Shown piece after piece: positions 63,704 to 64,000 of a DNA stretch of 64,000 nucleotides (positions are counted from its first letter, which is position 1; every line of letters starts with the position of its first letter). The position numbers and the translations under genes are program-made. The notes below the pieces were generated by a model. The model had not been told where the DNA came from. It saw only the letters and a program-made list of their open reading frames with translations, and searched no databases. Source of the stretch: the human T2T-CHM13v2.0 reference genome, Homo sapiens; NCBI RefSeq assembly GCF_009914755.1, contig NC_060930.1; one strand, given 5' to 3'.

Positions 63704-64000
63704 TTTTTATTTATTTATTTGGAGACAGACTCTTGCTTTGTTGCCCAGGTTGGAGTGCAGTGGTGCGATCTTCGCTCACTGCAACCTCCGCCTCCTGGGT
63801 TCAAGTAATTCTCCTGTCTCCAAGCAATTCTCCTGTGTCAGCCTCCCGAGTATCTGGGATTACAGGCACACGCCACCATGCCTGGCTAATTTTTGTATTT
63901 TTAGTAGAGACAGGGTTTTGCCATATTGGTCAAGCTGTTCTCAAACTCCTGCTCAGGTGATCCACCCTCCTCAGCCTCCCAAAGTGCTGGGATTACAGGC
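63704..64000 (-). mobile_element. AluS (cut by window edge) with a ~19-bp internal duplication
   Basis: caagtaattctcctgt at 63802-63817 and caagcaattctcctgt at 63821-63836. Confidence 0.93.

Overview
Primate (most likely human) genomic DNA: AT-rich, CpG-poor and dense in repeats. The only host-gene content I can support is three + strand GT-AG exons (5997-6064, 26820-26892, 31840-32025) encoding residues ~232-340 of the DNA primase large subunit (PRIM2/p58). Compared with the human p58 sequence as I recall it, they carry seven substitutions, six of them in one exon. These include loss of the first [4Fe-4S] cysteine ligand (C287Y) and of a primer-triphosphate-binding arginine (R302C). The window is therefore most likely a duplicated, degenerate PRIM2 paralog (PRIM2BP-type) rather than the functional gene. 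The rest is intron: a full-length antisense L1PA2/L1PA3-type element with an 18-bp TSD (56797-62829), an older 5'-truncated L1, a MER11 solo LTR, LTR19-, MER39-, MLT1- and MLT2-like LTRs, a near-full-length Tigger1, a Tigger2-family element, about 18 Alus and L2/MER fragments. I see no evidence of a new multi-gene system. The best leads are the clustered inactivation of p58C, an L1 'gene-breaking' layout with a mutated YY1 site, a compensated double frameshift in L1 ORF1, stop-free circularisable exons flanked by inverted Alus, and several short dispersed or inverted duplications that look like template-switch repair scars. Repeat subfamily names come from remembered consensus sequences and need RepeatMasker/Dfam confirmation.
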